Origin: Oopsacas minuta
Taxonomy: Eukaryota; Animalia; Porifera
Direction: 5' to 3'
Length of the DNA stretch: 64,000 nt
Assembly (NCBI GenBank): GCA_024704765.1
Contig: JAKMXF010000332.1
Coordinates: forward strand, 602,018-666,017
The position numbers and the translations under genes are program-made. Of the stretch, positions 1 to 11,402 are shown piece after piece. Position 1 is the first letter of the stretch. The number at the start of each line of letters is the position of its first letter. Under the pieces are notes generated by a model. That model saw only the letters and a list, made by a program, of their open reading frames with translations. It was not told the DNA's origin and searched no databases.

Positions 1-1625
1 CTTCTAAGACCAAAAAGAATATATGTTATCCCAATCTTCAATCTGCGATTCATCCTGTTGAGCATTCTACAGAATTGGAAGTACCTAAGCCTAAGAAAGT
101 TTCCTTTGATGACGATACTGTTGAATATGCCATGTTAGATCAAGATGATGAGGAATTTATACCTCCGCCTATGCCACTTGATAAAACAAGACTTCCCCAC
201 ATCATTAATCAAAGTGAGCTGAATGATTTGGTTAGGGACTTGAATTTGACAAAAGATCAAAGTGAATTGCTTGGGTCAAGATTGAAAGGTTGGAACTTAT
301 TGGATGAAGAAACTAAAGTTTCATTTTTCAGGACCCGTCAAAGTGATTTCTCTGTACATTTTGAAATGCAGGGGTCTCTATGTTATTGTAACTATGTGGA
401 TCGTGTGATGGAGTTATTAGGTGTTCAACACGAACCATCAGAGTGGCGTCTCTCCATTGATTCTCCTAAGTACAGCCTCAAGGCGGTCTTACTTCACAAA
501 GGTAATGTATTACCATCCATACCGATAGGTCATTCAGTACACATGAAGGAGTCTCATGAGAATATGGATATCTTATTGAAACTGATCAGATATGACTCTT
601 ACAATTGGCACATCTGTGGTGATCTGAAGGTAATTGGACTTTTGTTGGGTATGCAACCTGGATACACGAAATATTGTTGCTTCCTCTGTGAGTGGGATAG
701 TAGAGCAAGGCAATCCCACTATATAGTTAAGGAGTGGCCACTACGACATCAATTAACTGCTGGTACAAAGAGTGTAAGTTGTCAGTCCTTAGTAAATCCT
801 GAGAAAATTCTATTACCACCTCTACACATAAAACTGGGTTTGATGAAAACTTTGTAAAGGCGATAGTAAAATACAATGAAGAAGGAAAAGTTTCAAATAC
901 CTCAAGGACAAATTTCCAAAGGTCAGCGATACTAAAATCAAGGAAGGGATATTTATAGGTCCCCAAATTAGAGAACTATTCAAGGATCTAAGCTTCGAAG
1001 CATGTCTAAATTCTGTCGAGAAAGCAGCATGGAATTCATTCAAATCTTTAAATGAGAACTTTTTAGGAACTAAGAAATCACCAATTTATGAAGAAATTGT
1101 TGTGACACTACTTGATGCATTCAGAACAATGGGATGTAATATGTCTCTAAAAGTACACTTTCTTCACTCACATTTGCAATTCTTTCAGGACAATCTAGGT
1201 GCTGTGAGTGATGAACATGGTGAAAGATTTCATCAAGATATAAGCTCAATGGAAAGTCGTTACAATGAAAAATTCTCTCCAAACATGATGGCTGATTATT
1301 GTTGGTCACTAAAAAGAGATATTCCTGATGCCACATACAAAAGAAAATCATATTCCAAGCATTTCTAAATTAGCATAATAAATGCTAAACCAATTGACAA
1401 TTTTCATTGTAATTAAATCATAAGTATGCATTTGATTAGCCAAGCTAAAGAGATATATTTATAGGAATACACTGGGACAATAATAAAACCAAAATATTGA
1501 ATTTTTCAAAATCGTTGCCTGATAGAAAAAAACTGATTGGATATTTGGAATCAGGGTGCTTGAATACATGAGAAACACTACAGTGTATTCCAGAAGCAAA
1601 AATGCTAAAAATTTGTTGGACAGTG
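1..1625 (+). mobile_element. Chapaev3-type (CMC superfamily) DNA transposon, 5' end outside window
   Basis: Transposase relic at 3-1368. Right terminus ...aaaaatttgttggaCAGTG ends at 1625 and is followed by TTA, fitting Chapaev3 CAC...GTG ends and 3-bp TWA target sites. The left end is not visible, so the TSD cannot be confirmed. Confidence 0.75.
3..1368 (+). pseudogene. Chapaev3-type DDE transposase, two -1 frameshifts
   Basis: Frame is open from base 3 (SKTKKNICYPNLQSAIHPVEHS). Motifs: WRLSIDS, ICGDLK, YCCFLCEWDSR, LPPLHIKLG, FLHSH, SDEHGERFHQD. One-base losses near 849 (LMK-N-FVKA) and near 890 (EGK-x-FKYLKDKFP) join three frames into one protein. Confidence 0.8.
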
Positions 1626-1812
1626 TTATTGACTATCAATTTCAAGTAGTTTTAACCATTAGTCAAGTCTTGAACTTTACCATTTTATGCTGAATAGAAT
1701 ATCTTTGTAATTCTGACCAAGCTTAAGTATTATTAAACATATCGTTTATACTTATTTATCACAAGATCACAAACATAAACACTATTCCATTATTATTATA
1801 TCCTCCGCGAAG

Positions 1813-3290
1813 TTGAACTACCCACATGACGGACAGGACGGTAAATTCTACCGAAGCAGAAGGTCAAATGGGATGGAGTGCTATACTTGTGAGAAACGAG
1901 GTCATGAATGGAAGTTTTGCCCCAATCGAAAGTGTGCAATCTGCGGTCAGAGAGGACATACGCAAGTTCGGTGCCATAAGATGAAGCCTACTAATGTGGT
2001 AGGCCCAAGGGACATCCACACGCGAGATAGAGATAGAGTTTATCAAGTGGGATCATGAGAGGAGGCAGTGACCATAGAAGTGTTAGTCAAAATCAAGACG
2101 TAGCAGCATCACTGACACGGGAGCGAAACCCAGCGTCATTGATATAGCGACGTTACAGCGGTTGGGTCATTCAGAGGATACAGGTTTTGGAGAGCCACGA
2201 AAACGTATTTTCGTTAGACAGGGATTTTCTGATCAAGAATGAAACGGTAACGTTTGATTGGAACCGACATCGAGTGCGGTTGTGAAAGAAATGGGTATCG
2301 GTAAATTCGAACTTGATTGGGGCTTCCTCTGATAAGAGCTCAAACAATCCGGGACATGGAAGTGACCGAGTCCTCACATCACATTAACTCAAGGAATGTG
2401 AACCCTCAGCTCCCACAAGCTGATTAAATCGCGATCCGAAGTCTTTTTGGAAGAGTTTACGGATGTGTTGCTCAATACTCGAAACCCCGAAAAGGACGAA
2501 GGTTAATGAGTTCGAACACGCTATCATAACAGGGGATGCCCTACCTATCAAGAATCGACCCCGTCGCGTACTTCCTAAGTGGAGAGAAAACATTGAGGTG
2601 CAGGTAGAAGAAATGTTAAGAAATGGGATTGTCAGACCTTATAAGTCCCCTTGGGCTTCAGACGTAGTCCTGGTGCGGAAGAAGGACGGTCAGATGGGGT
2701 TTGCAGTCGATTAACGCAAACTAAATGACGTGACCAATAAAGATGCATATACTGTCTCTAATCCGCAATCTATTTTGGACCAGATGGACGGTAACAAGAT
2801 CTTATCATGTATGGATGTGGCCGCTGCATATTGGTGTATGCTAGTACGTCAAGAACATAAGGAAAACATGGCATTCTATACACCTAGGGTGCAGTTCGAG
2901 TTTGAAGTACTTCCGTTTGGTCTTTGCAATTCTCAGGACAAATTCTAGCGATTTATCCATGAAACAATGAAAAAGCAAACCAGACGGAATGCTACGTAGA
3001 TGATTGTCTGACCCACTCACCAGACGTGAGGAAGCACCTAGGAGACCTCAGGACCGCCCTGCAATGTTTAAGAAGTCCGGTATTCAACTTCTTCAGGACA
3101 GATGCTAGTTCAGGTACCTGGAGGAAGTTTTTGGGACATCGATTATCTGGTGAGGGAAGCACTCCAACACAGTCATACACAGAGGGGATAGGGAGATTTC
3201 CTGTGTCAAAGTCGGTAGCAGAATTGCAACGCTCTTGGGTACTGATGGTATTATCGGTACTAATTCCAAAAAGTGATAGGAAGCAACTCA
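1813..3290 (+). mobile_element. Degenerate Ty3/Gypsy LTR-retrotransposon gag-pol fragment
   Basis: Two CCHC knuckles (CYTCEKRGHEWKFC, CAICGQRGHTQVRC) and a protease remnant DTGAKPSVID near 2115. RT motifs: SPWASDVVLVRKKDG, VD*RKLN, LPFGL, and YVDD at 2993-3004. Stops and frameshifts throughout; no LTR recognised. Confidence 0.85.
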
Positions 3291-4526
3291 ATCTGACTTA
3301 TCAACCTATAAGAAATTCACCCCGAGAAGACGATTGGCACTATTCACATATTTGTAGGGCTTCGTTGATTCATACTATGACATCATTGTTGAACAATGGA
3401 ATTGCTCTTTCTTAGTATTCTTTTTCTTGTACGCATATACCGATTTTTCCCTGGAAATATTTTTGAGATTCACTTCTAATCTATCTAGGTTTGTATATCC
3501 TGTAATTGGGTTTGTGACAATCTTTGATGTTTGCTGAATTCCTATCCATCAATATTCTACGAGAAATAAGACTAAGTTGATGATATGTTTGATATAGTGT
3601 TTAGGGCCTAGACAACTATGCAAAGGCCGAAATCATTTCCTCAGGGTGGATTCATTTGGGTAAGAATACAAAATATATTGCTATCTATATATAGTTATAA
3701 GTCAACAACCCAATAATAAACTCTATCCAAACTGCATTTTCTAGAATGACGTCATAGCATGAAATAACGAAGTCCTACAAATATGTTGATTATGTCAATT
3801 GTTTCCTGAGGGTCGATTTCATTTCAAATTTGTCGGGTCCGGCCACAAAAATTCACATAACTCATAAGGAATGTCCGGGAACCAAACTAAACAGTGTTAT
3901 ACTCAAACGTACTCATAATCTATAGAATACCCCACATAAATTTACGTTCCTGAAATATCCATAATGCTAACTCATAAGACCGGTTAGAACTTAACATTTA
4001 GACTCGGTTCCAGAATTTACAAATACAATGTCCTCAAGCCCAAACCAAGATTTTCCTAGTTCCATTGTATTCCTTGTAGTTTTACTATGATTATATAATG
4101 TAGAATATTCTAACATTAATTTCACTGTTATCACTCTTTGAAATAAAGAATATGATTGTGGTTTTTACATTTTGGGTAAATCACTTTCAAACCACGAAAA
4201 TTCCAAATTCCAAACATAGAAACCACATGAATATATGATTTTGAAATTTGACAATTAATATTGAATGGTTGGTAGCTACCCACACTACAGGAACGTCACC
4301 ACGATTTTTCATCTAAGGTGTGCAAATAAATTACAAACCCCACCTCTTGACCCGTCCCTGTTCGCCTTATTGCCAGGATAGATATTGTTATATTTGATGG
4401 TGTTAACTGTTCGAATAGTATCTTTCTCGATGAGGAACAGAAATTACACTGGGTTGGGGATGATGAACAATTGTTTTAATTTCTTTTCCCTTTTTATTAT
4501 ATTTTTGCAGGCTCATTACTATATTT

Positions 4527-6275
4527 ATGGCCAAACGTTTTCCTGATTCTCCTTCTATCCCGCCTATTGCAATTGATCATTTTGAACCACTTGATTCTGT
4601 ACCCTACAACAGTCCTTTTCCCTCGAAAGCTACGATTGAAAGACCCATTAGCAATGCACTTAAGACTATTAAACATGGAAATCTTCGTATTGCACCTGAC
4701 GGAACAATGACTTTTAAGAAAACAGAAGCTGAAGTACTTATGGCAGCCATTCAGCTTGGCATAAGTCATAGCTTAGCTAAATTGCATCCAAAACCAAAGA
4801 GGGATTTATTAGTCCCGGATTTTCAGAGCGTTGACAATGTGCATTTTCCACATGCAGGATCTGATAATACCCCTGGGCATAAATATCACGACTTCAGTTT
4901 CAAAGCTTATTCTCCTATCGCCTTTCGCCATTTACGTGACCATTTTACCATTGAGCCTCAAGATTTTATATCTTCATTGTGCTACTATCCCCTTCGTACC
5001 ATTGGAAATCCTGGCGCATCAGGCTCTCTTTTTTACGTATCACAGGATGACATTTTCATTATCAAAACTGTCTCATCAAAGGAAGCGTTGTTCCTACAAA
5101 AGTTATTGCCAGGATACTGGATCAATTTACATCAAAATAAGCGTACTCTCTTGCCTAAATTCTTTGGCTTATATTCCTACAGCAGAAAAGGGACGAAGAA
5201 GATCCGCCTTGTCGTAATGAACAACCTATTACCCTCCAATTTAGAATTCAATTTTAAGTTTGATTTAAAAGGCAGTCTACATGGGCGGAGTGCATCATCT
5301 AGGGAAATATCTAAAACTCACCCCACATTCAAAGACAACGATTATCTCTTGCATTTTGAAAACGGAATAGTGATTTCGCCTGAAAAATACGATCTTTTGA
5401 CCGAGACCATTCAACGAGATTGTCAAGTTCTTGAAAGCTTTGCTATAATGGACTATTCTTTGCTTGTAGCTATACATAATATCTCGAAAGTCAGGCGTGA
5501 TTTTGATCCTCTACTTACTGAATACACATCTCCTACAACTGAACAGCGTGCTACAGCTGCTCTCCGTCTTTCATTGTCCTTAGATGAGACAGAAATTTTG
5601 GAACACAAAGTATTCGCGATTGTTCCGCATACACAAATGGACAGCTTCACTCACGACTACATTTCTCATCTGCCAGAAGGTTATATTTTAGCTAGACTGC
5701 CATGTGGAGATTTAGCAGCAGTATATCTTGGTATCATAGACATATTACAAAGTTACGTTGTTAAGAAAAAATTGGAACATACTTTCAAATCTATTATCTA
5801 TGATGGTGATTTAATATCTGTGCATAAGCCTGGCTTTTATTCACTACGTTTTCAAAATTTTATCTGCACGAATGTTATCACTAAAGACACAAGAATACGT
5901 GATCCTAAAGCTGTTAACGGCCCCTCGCAATTGCAAAGAAGGAAGGTAAAGCGGACATCGGTTGGTAGCCGACCTGTCATTTCTAAAATGCAAAGTAATG
6001 AATACAGTGTGACTCCTCCTTCCTACCCAGTGGAATCTTGGCGGACTAATCACACCAAAGAAGAATCAAATGTTTCTCATTCAGAACAATCGATGCTCGT
6101 ACATAATGAAGATGAATTAATTCGCTATTCACAACTTGATATTGAAAACGAAGCCTCTAGGGATACAGCAGGAAGCTCAGATTTAGTATGCTCCACACAG
6201 GTTGATAAAAACGAATGTATAGCTACAAGACCAATTGAATGCTTTCCAAACATTGGCCCTAAATCTACTGATTAA
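4527..6275 (+). CDS. PIP5K1: Phosphatidylinositol-4-phosphate 5-kinase, type I (single 582-aa ORF)
   Basis: Motifs AIQLGI, FKAYSPIAFR, GNPGASGSLFYVSQDDIFIIKTV, LLPKFFGLY, FDLKGS, IMDYSLLV, GIIDILQ. Activation loop KKKLEH...ISVHKPGFYSLRF carries the Glu typical of type I enzymes. An AG acceptor at 4509-4510 leaves an upstream exon possible. Confidence 0.95.
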   Translation: MAKRFPDSPSIPPIAIDHFEPLDSVPYNSPFPSKATIERPISNALKTIKHGNLRIAPDGTMTFKKTEAEVLMAAIQLGISHSLAKLHPKPKRDLLVPDFQSVDNVHFPHAGSDNTPGHKYHDFSFKAYSPIAFRHLRDHFTIEPQDFISSLCYYPLRTIGNPGASGSLFYVSQDDIFIIKTVSSKEALFLQKLLPGYWINLHQNKRTLLPKFFGLYSYSRKGTKKIRLVVMNNLLPSNLEFNFKFDLKGSLHGRSASSREISKTHPTFKDNDYLLHFENGIVISPEKYDLLTETIQRDCQVLESFAIMDYSLLVAIHNISKVRRDFDPLLTEYTSPTTEQRATAALRLSLSLDETEILEHKVFAIVPHTQMDSFTHDYISHLPEGYILARLPCGDLAAVYLGIIDILQSYVVKKKLEHTFKSIIYDGDLISVHKPGFYSLRFQNFICTNVITKDTRIRDPKAVNGPSQLQRRKVKRTSVGSRPVISKMQSNEYSVTPPSYPVESWRTNHTKEESNVSHSEQSMLVHNEDELIRYSQLDIENEASRDTAGSSDLVCSTQVDKNECIATRPIECFPNIGPKSTD

Positions 6276-7019
6276 TTGTGAATATTATTTTTTATTTTAT
6301 CCTTTTGATTATCACATGGGTGTTGTGTTTGTTCACAGGATAGAGTTGGATCTATTTTATTACATCTAGCCCGCTTCCCTCAAAAGCTCCCTTCGCGACA
6401 TCTTTGTTGCTAAAATTTAGCTTGAGTATGAATAATTATCTCTTAGCGCTTTGGGTCGCTACTCGACATGATATACTTGGCACTACGCGCCTTGATTATT
6501 TAGAAATTTTCAAAAATTTTTAAATTTCTGAAAAGAATATTTTTGTGGACACTTTTAAGACCTAATAATCCATGACGGAATACCGGAAGAATGTGTGATT
6601 TTTGACAAAAAGTGTTAAAATCTCGTTTTTGATGTGGGAATTGGTTACAACGATGTGTTAAAATTTTGTTTTCCTTTTCATTATAGATGTAACAATTCTT
6701 CCCTAATCGGTGATAGTGGTGTAATTTGATTATAACTGTTCCATGAATCAGTCATTTTAGGCCTCTAGGTCGCATTCTCTTCGTTGCCATAGCAAACAGA
6801 GCCTCTGCCACGATAGGTTCCTTCCAAAAGTGAGCCTACTTAATATTGGCTATATTTGTCACCGAGAAGGCCATGAAATGAAGAGACCAGTTTGTAATTA
6901 CCGTTCTTGGCTATATTATACTTTAAATAACCACTAATTATACTTTATATAGGGTATTGTGCTATGGCGAGTCCAACGGAACCACTTTTGTAGTTAAGTA
7001 TTAAACATAAATTTCTTTG

Positions 7020-7410
7020 TGCTTTTGGTCGCTATATAACTCGTCCCTTCGCGCTTCGGTTATAAGAAATTCTGAAATTTTTCGAAATTTGCCAAATTAT
7101 AATTAATATGTAGTCAGGATGACGTAATAATCCCATAGTAAGCTAGCCTTGGTCAGATTCATGACGTCAGAACATGTGGAATATTGCGAGTACCTTTTTC
7201 GAAAATCCAAAGGTGACAATGTCGTCATAATTTCGTCATTGGTGTGAATTTTCGTCCAAGACTCGTAATTTTCTGAGACAGGACCAAAATCCCCCCTGTA
7301 TCCCAAAAATCACGCTAGGGTCTTTCAATTCTTCAATCAATTCTGGACATACAAACATTTTTTACATATACGCACATACAGATTAGTTGCGTTTTGATAA
7401 TATAGATTGT
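7020..7410 (+). repeat. Non-autonomous Helitron-like dispersed repeat, copy 1
   Basis: 7117-7360 aligns by eye with 22663-22960 (gtgtgaatt(t)tcgtcca, ccaaaat.cccc, ccaaaaatca, tcaatcaat.ctgg.catacaaacat). The 3' tail catacagattagttgcgttttgataatatagatt resembles Lep1-type Helitron ends. The repeat is clear; the family call is tentative. Confidence 0.5.
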
Positions 7411-9131
7411 AAGGCTTTTTTGTTGTTGTGAATGTACCAATTTCAAATTTGTGTTTCAACTCCTTCATTGTGTTTGACTATCACTATTTTGAGCCATTTT
7501 ATACTTTTATAAATTGTTCTCTGTGGTAATGTATCTGATTATATCGTATTTTGATCGGGCTCAGGACGGAAATATATGCATGTTGCGATCATGCAGCCTT
7601 TAGGTTATACCACAGCCTACTTTACGTAGCGTTCAACAGTAACTTGTGGAGTTTGGACCAGGGATACGTTAGCCTATATAATCGCAAATGACAAATGATT
7701 TCTATACTTGTAGAAACGGCGCATTTTGCCTAAATAAATGAATTGCTTATGTGGTGAGCAACAAATTATCAATCATTATTTGTTAACTTTTTTCTGTATA
7801 CTTCAAAATGTGTGTCTACTAAGCATTTATTTGTTAAAGTTCATAATTCATTCTTTGATCCCTTGTAGAGAGATAACTATTGCGTTCTTCTTTTTACAGA
7901 TAATTATATGAAATTTACTATAGATTTTATATAAAATGTCAACAATCATTAATTCAACAGTCGACTCGTTCTTGAGTTACAGTCAAGGTTTCATCCAATA
8001 TACTCGACTTCTCATACCTTAATAATACATTTTGCTATGATAACTCTTAGCAATGTGATATAATGGTGAAAATGCCCATATATGGTATTTTTTCGCAATT
8101 ATTTTAAAAGTCAAAATGTATTTTCATGGTATTTGGAGTCAGGTATTTCCTACAAATTAGCGATCTTTACCTGATAATAATTTTACCGATTTTAGTGTTT
8201 TATTTTAGATGTTCATAAAAATGTGTTATCCCTGTCGGTACTATAACTCAAGAACTAGTTAACTTTTGTATTACAAATTTTTGACCTTTTGCTTAAAATA
8301 TATTGACAATTTCATATATTATCTGTAAAATGAAAGTGGCAATATTTACGCTCTACAACGGATCAAATAATGACATATTTACTGTATAGATGATTTCTAG
8401 ACATATCAAGGCACATTCCGAATTATCTAGCCTTTAATAGTTGATATTTGTGCTCTACAAATTTGCAATACATTTAATTTGGCGAAATGCATCGTTTCTA
8501 CAGTTTGCCCAGGAAGTACTTTCCTATTCTAGTACAGACTGTATCGTACATCCTCAACTTCATTATTTTTGTTAGTTTTTCTTGCTTTTCATGGTAGATA
8601 ATTTGTTCAGTTTTTGTGATGGTAATTCTTTCCACTCTTGTTAGTAAAGAGTCAGTCCAGATCTTGTTTTTTTTGAGCGTTAAACGCGCTTATTCGTCTC
8701 AAACAGTTATTCACTGTTTGGATAGTTTTCCCTAGTTATTTAGCAACATTTGTCTCAGTAATTCCTGCTTCTAACATAGCTATCTCCTTGACACGCACAA
8801 TATCTGATCCTGGATTTGGTAAATAGGACTTTAATTTTAGAGAATATGAGATTAGTAAATTACACAATATTTGAGACAACGAACACGAGGCCCTGGGAAA
8901 AAACAATCTTATCTATTCTCTGTAAAATCCAGCGATCTACTATATATTTAGCGTAAAGGCTAACAGCTCGTGGCCACAAGACTAAGTAAACAGACCGTGC
9001 ATTGATATTTGAAGGAAAATCTTGGACCCCAGATCGTTTATCTATTACAATTTTGCAAAGAAAGTCTCAATTGATAAGCTAAGGAGCGGGCTAATCTAAA
9101 ATTCTTGGATGATGCTCCTTTCGATCTAATC

Positions 9132-11402
9132 CAGGGGTCTTCAACCTGCGGCTCGCGGGATAATTCTTGTTTTTGTTTATTTTGTCTTCACTTTGTTAAT
9201 TTTGAAATTTGTTGTATTTTATTCAACAGATATTGTGAATATACTTAAATATTAGCACTTTTTTGTTTCCCAATTCTGGAAACCTTGATGGTGTTTAAAG
9301 TGTATAGAAGACCTTTGTTGTCTTCAGTAATTAATTTAAGTCTTCAGTCAATATTCAAATACAAATACAAGTATAAATCAGAAGTATTTGACAATATACA
9401 ATTTCATTTTCGGATTTCAAATACTCTCCAAATACACATTTTTTATTATTCATTAATTATTTACGTATCCACTATGGCTACTTCTACGTCGAAAAAGCGG
9501 AAGATACAAGAAGAAAATCGGTCATTCAAGATAGAATGGGAAATAAAGTATTTTTTCGTGGAGGACAGTGGCAAGTTCATTTGTCTAATATGCCGTGAAA
9601 CAATAGCTTCCGCTAAAAAAGGAAACTTTGAAAGGCATTACAATATCAAACACCAATCAAATTTTGTGGGAATTCTTGGAGAATCACGAAAGACTAAACT
9701 AGACAATCTTAAAAGAAACTTGAAGAGTGAACAATCAATCTTTTCAAAAAATGATAATTCGGTTAAGTCTATCACAGCAGTTAGCTTTGCTATCAGTAAT
9801 ATAATCGCGAAACGTATGAAACCATTTACGGATGGTGAATTTATAAAGGAATGTCTAAATGAATTCGCTGATCAATGTTGTCCAGACAAAAAACAACTAA
9901 TACAGCAGGTATCCTTGAGCGCTACGACAGTAATGCGTCGAGTGGAATCAATTTCAAAAAATATTCATACACAACTATTGGAAAAGACAAGTTGTTTTAG
10001 TTTCTGTAGCTTGGCACTTGATGGAAGTAAAGATATTTGTGATGTTGAACAATTGGCAATCTGGATAAGAGGCGTTGATGAAAACTTCAACATTACCGAG
10101 GAATTACTGTCTCTGCGTTCTATGCATGGAAGAACTCGTGGCATTGATATTTTCGAAGAGTTTCTTAAGATTGTGTCGGAAAACAACATTCCTGCCTTAA
10201 AGTTATCTGGCATTTCAACAGATGGAGCTCCATCAATGCTTAGTACAGGCACAGGATTTAAAGGTCAAGTTCTACGATGGTTGACAGAAATATCATGGTG
10301 TCACTGTATTATTCATCAAGAGGCCCTATGTGCGAAAACACTTGGACTGGAAAATGTTATGAAGTTGATAGTAGACGTGTAAATTTTATCAGATCTAAAG
10401 GAGTGAATCATAGAGAATTTAAAGAATTTTTGAAAGATCTCGATTCAGATTACGGAGATGTATTATATTTTACAAGTGTTAGGTGGTTGAGTAGAGGAGT
10501 AGTTCTTAAAAGAGTTTGGGAATTACGAGATGAAATATCAAGTTTCTTAGCCTCAAAAGGCAAGAAAGTTCCTGAATTCGAAGATACAAATTGGATTAGC
10601 GACTTTGCCTTCCTTCTAGATATGACTACACACCTAAATATTCTAAATTCCACACTTCAGGGAAAGAACAAGTTGATTCATGAACTTTATGCCACAATTC
10701 GAAGTTTTGAGATGAAACTCGCTCTATTTAAGTTACAGCTTAAAAATAACAATTTTTCTCACTTTCCAGCACTAAAATCACAAGATAGTACCGATGGAAA
10801 CAAATATGCCGATATTATTTCAAATCTCCAAGAAAACTTTGATACTCGATTTGGAGATTTTAGAAGTCAACAACAAAGCTTCGAGATTTTTGCACAGCCT
10901 TTCAGTTTTGATCCGCAATATGCTCCACAGGAGCTTCAACTTGAACTCATAGACCTGCAGTCTAGCATAGATCTCAAGGCAGACTTCAAGGATGTTGGAG
11001 TAATTAGTTTCTATAAAACTCTTCCTTCAGATATCTATCGTGCTATTTTAAAACACGCAAGAAGGATAGCTAGTTTATTTGGAAGCACTTACACTTGCGA
11101 GGCATTTTTCTCTAAAATGAAATATATCAAGAATAAATATAGAACTAATTTGACTGATGACCACCTCCAAGACGTTCTTCGTATTTCATCGACTGATATG
11201 AAACCTAATATAGATGGCATCTTAATACAACAACAAAAACAGTACCAACCTTCACATTAATATTTTACTCTGATAAATTACTCATAATAATACAGTACTA
11301 TATTAATATATAGAATACATAATCCTTAACTTTTAATGCGGCTCGCCAATCTAATACGAAACTAATATTTGGCTCATAGAAGAAAAAGGTTGAAGACCCC
11401 TG
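9132..11402 (+). mobile_element. hAT DNA transposon, Buster/SPIN (GTF2IRD2-like) group, 2271 bp
   Basis: Perfect 16-bp TIRs CAGGGGTCTTCAACCT / AGGTTGAAGACCCCTG. Perfect 8-bp TSD ATCTAATC (9124-9131, 11403-11410) with the central TA typical of Buster elements. Confidence 0.95.
9474..11260 (+). pseudogene. hAT transposase, about 595 aa once one -1 frameshift at 10377-10379 is repaired
   Basis: BED-type CLIC...H zinc finger, ALDGSKD, STDGAP, CIIH, VRWLS and STYTCEAFFSKMK. The two ORFs join as LIVD-V-VNFIRSKG. Confidence 0.9.

Noticed and set aside
4497-6053. Short ORFs overlapping PIP5K on other frames or strand
   Set aside because: Shadows of the kinase CDS with no independent motifs. The same applies to most 60-110 aa ORFs in the track.
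9285-9473. N-terminal extension of the hAT ORF given by the ORF track
   Set aside because: It starts at a TTG in AT-rich subterminal DNA; homology begins at the ATG at 9474 (MATSTSKKRK).
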